This document shows, in pieces, positions 61,916-64,000 of a DNA stretch of 64,000 nt (position 1 is its first letter; each line of letters starts with the position of its first letter). The stretch comes from an uncultured virus (IMG/VR IMGVR_UViG_2630968395_000002) (taxonomy: Duplodnaviria > Heunggongvirae > Uroviricota > Caudoviricetes), in the IMG/VR virus record IMGVR_UViG_2630968395_000002; one strand, 5' to 3'. A program made the translations under genes and the position numbers. Below the pieces are notes generated by a model, which had not been told where the DNA came from, searched no databases, and was given only the letters and a program-made list of their open reading frames with translations.

Positions 61916-63139
61916 TTACTTGCCCAGAGTGACCGCTGAGTCCACTACCATGACACCGTGGTCATTGACTCGGCCATCTTTCTGTTTGAAGCGGATCTTC
62001 TTCAAACCGTTAATCCAGCGGATAGAGACTTCTGTCCCATTACCGTGATCCACTTTCTCTTCGTTATAGCCAAAGAAACCACCGCCATCACCGGTACCGT
62101 AAGCGTTAGCCAGTGCCTGACCACCCAGCAGCATAGCGCGGTCAATGGTGGTGCCAGTGGTGATTAGCTTGGTTGAAGCCACCAAGTCATTATTTGATAC
62201 CAACACTTTAGAGCCAGTATTAAAACGAACTGGCGTACCACCATATTTCCGCACCAGCACGTTACGCCACATCGCACATTCGCCTTTGAACAGCGGATGA
62301 TCGAAGCCCTTAGAACGTTGCACTGCACGGGTCATCATCGCTTGCCAGTCTTTACCTGAAGTAGATGTGTACCAGTCATTCCACTGCCGCGGCGTCACGT
62401 ATAGAACAAAATACGGATCCTCATTAGCCAACTCATCTTTAGACATCCGGATCGGCTGTAAAGGATGGGCCATTTCATCAAGGAACAAGGCAATGTTATC
62501 GACAGTGGCTAGCGTGAACAGATCCGCTGCATCCAATGTTTCCATAGATGTCGCATCACCAGAATAGAAATGGCGGTCATAGGTGGGTGGCAATACATCA
62601 TTGATCATGATTTTGCCAAATTCACCGTGTTCAGCCAGTGGCACGATGGTGTCATCGGCCATGTAATCGCCACGCGCCCCCGCCAGATGGAAGGTGGCAG
62701 ACTGGTCCTGCACATCGTTGAAGTAAGTTCCCAGCAACGTGCGGGCGGTCTTATTCAGGTTGTGCTTGAAACGCTGCTCAGACATCTTGCCGCCCGCATC
62801 AACTAAATGGCGGCCTTGGTTAATCTTCAAAGCAAAGTCTGCAAACGCCAGATTTTCACCGCGACCGGCCAACTTCTCATCGCCCATCGTCGGGCGCTTC
62901 GACAGTTTGTGAACGATTTGCATATCCACTTCATCGCCTTTCTGCTTTTGCAGATCAGTGATACGCACCACGGGCGCGTTGTGGCTTGTCTGGGTAGTCC
63001 CTTTTTTATCAGGATTGACTGACTTCGGCGCTTCCTGTTGTTCGGTTAGTACGTTAACAAATGAGCGGTTACGGTTTGCAGCCGTGAACAGCGCGACCTG
63101 CATTAGCTTATTCGCCTGGGCAGAGGTGATAGTCGTCAT
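61916..63139 (-). CDS. Major capsid protein (N4-gp56/DUF4043 family)
   Basis: ALFTAANR, PVVRITDL, GGKMSEQR, LLGGQAL, DHGV. Confidence 0.88.
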   Translation of the reverse strand: MTTITSAQANKLMQVALFTAANRNRSFVNVLTEQQEAPKSVNPDKKGTTQTSHNAPVVRITDLQKQKGDEVDMQIVHKLSKRPTMGDEKLAGRGENLAFADFALKINQGRHLVDAGGKMSEQRFKHNLNKTARTLLGTYFNDVQDQSATFHLAGARGDYMADDTIVPLAEHGEFGKIMINDVLPPTYDRHFYSGDATSMETLDAADLFTLATVDNIALFLDEMAHPLQPIRMSKDELANEDPYFVLYVTPRQWNDWYTSTSGKDWQAMMTRAVQRSKGFDHPLFKGECAMWRNVLVRKYGGTPVRFNTGSKVLVSNNDLVASTKLITTGTTIDRAMLLGGQALANAYGTGDGGGFFGYNEEKVDHGNGTEVSIRWINGLKKIRFKQKDGRVNDHGVMVVDSAVTLGK

Positions 63140-63198
63140 AGATACTCCATAAATGAAAAACCCGCCGTAGCGGGTTGAGATTTAAATCAGTAGGGTTA

Positions 63199-64000
63199 TT
63201 AGATTGCCTGGTCTAACAGCGCCTCAATTTGGGCATCCGTCATACCGGCAAACATGGCCTGTAGCTGATCAGGCGAAGCATTAGCAGCTTGCTCCAAAGG
63301 TGAGGCCGTATGAATTGTTGTTACCCCAAGATCTGACGGTGAGCTAGGTACTTGCGTCGCCGCAGTTGCAGCAGCCAATTTCTCAGCGGCAATCCGTTGA
63401 ACATCTGAGTTGGTCGTCGTGGCGGTGGTTGTCGTAACCTGCTCTTGTTGAGCCGATTCACCGTAGGCGGCCTTGGTGCGTTTCGCGACTTCCACAAAGC
63501 GCTCAGTTAAAGACTTATCTTTCCATGCAGGGTCATTTTGCAGATTAGTATCAATGTGTACTGCCAGTGTGAAACGGTCAGGATCTTGGTCCTGCCATGA
63601 CTTCAGGTCAGGTACAGCATTCATGGCATCCATTACTGGGTTGCCGTTCGTGACCGGTGCTGGCTGACTCTGCTGCAGGTAATCGATTTTCTGCACCATC
63701 GTGTCCAGCACTGCCGCCATCTCGGGGAAACTATCGCGTATGGCATCGATTTGTTCAGGTGTAACCTGAGCCTTCTCAGGTAATGGAGCAGGTTGCATAC
63801 CAGCGAAGTTGATTTGTCGGGTCAACGCCTCAAGCTGGCGCTTTGTATCAGCTAACTCAGTTGCAGCTTGCTGATTGGACCCTGCCAAACGCTGTTTTTC
63901 TGCCCGCTCGGCCACCAGCACGTCGTAAGGAATAACGTGCTGACCATCTTTGCTGAGAATGCCTTTCGGTTTCTCAGAACCTTCAGTGGTTGCCGCTTGC
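63199..64000 (-). CDS. Putative scaffolding protein (5' end outside window)
   Basis: Frame open to the window edge (SKDGQHVIPYDVL); precedes the capsid gene. Confidence 0.7.
   Translation of the reverse strand, partial: QAATTEGSEKPKGILSKDGQHVIPYDVLVAERAEKQRLAGSNQQAATELADTKRQLEALTRQINFAGMQPAPLPEKAQVTPEQIDAIRDSFPEMAAVLDTMVQKIDYLQQSQPAPVTNGNPVMDAMNAVPDLKSWQDQDPDRFTLAVHIDTNLQNDPAWKDKSLTERFVEVAKRTKAAYGESAQQEQVTTTTATTTNSDVQRIAAEKLAAATAATQVPSSPSDLGVTTIHTASPLEQAANASPDQLQAMFAGMTDAQIEALLDQAI

Larger units (their letters stand above)
39646..64000 (-). mobile_element. 933W-like short-tailed prophage, late region (continues beyond window)
   Basis: N4-gp56-type capsid, adaptors, tail fibre, ejection genes and giant terminal gene, all on the minus strand and ending near att. 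Confidence 0.85.

Noticed and set aside
17916..63667. Numerous short antisense or overlapping ORFs in the track
   Set aside because: They lie within well-supported phage genes and show no motifs of their own

Overview
The window is almost entirely accessory DNA from an enterobacterium (Yersinia-like, by inference only). It is a tandem stack of mobile elements integrated at tRNA-Leu(UAA); the intact tRNA lies outside the window and only 3'-half att copies are visible. (1) 1-5532: a decayed region with an IS3-family element, an orphan hcp pseudogene carrying a 12x9-bp tandem repeat, a degraded toxin/immunity-like pair, and a collapsed prophage remnant (theta-like, dnaB and integrase fragments). 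(2) 5533-39645: a 33,990-bp P2-like prophage bounded by 123-bp direct repeats, with a full gene set but a frameshifted integrase. Its lysogenic operon holds a SNIPE/PD-lambda-1-like membrane nuclease, a membrane-anchored integrase N-terminal paralog and a secreted protein, and there is a three-gene moron between S and V. (3) 39646-64000: the late region of a 933W-like short-tailed prophage (N4-gp56-type capsid, tail fibre, ejection proteins, a split ~2,670-aa polyvalent protein) with three small morons. The most interesting candidates are the repressor-SNIPE-IntN/TM-periplasmic-int operon and a toxin/immunity-like gene pair found both beside orphan hcp and as a phage moron. All family assignments are by eye, not by database search.
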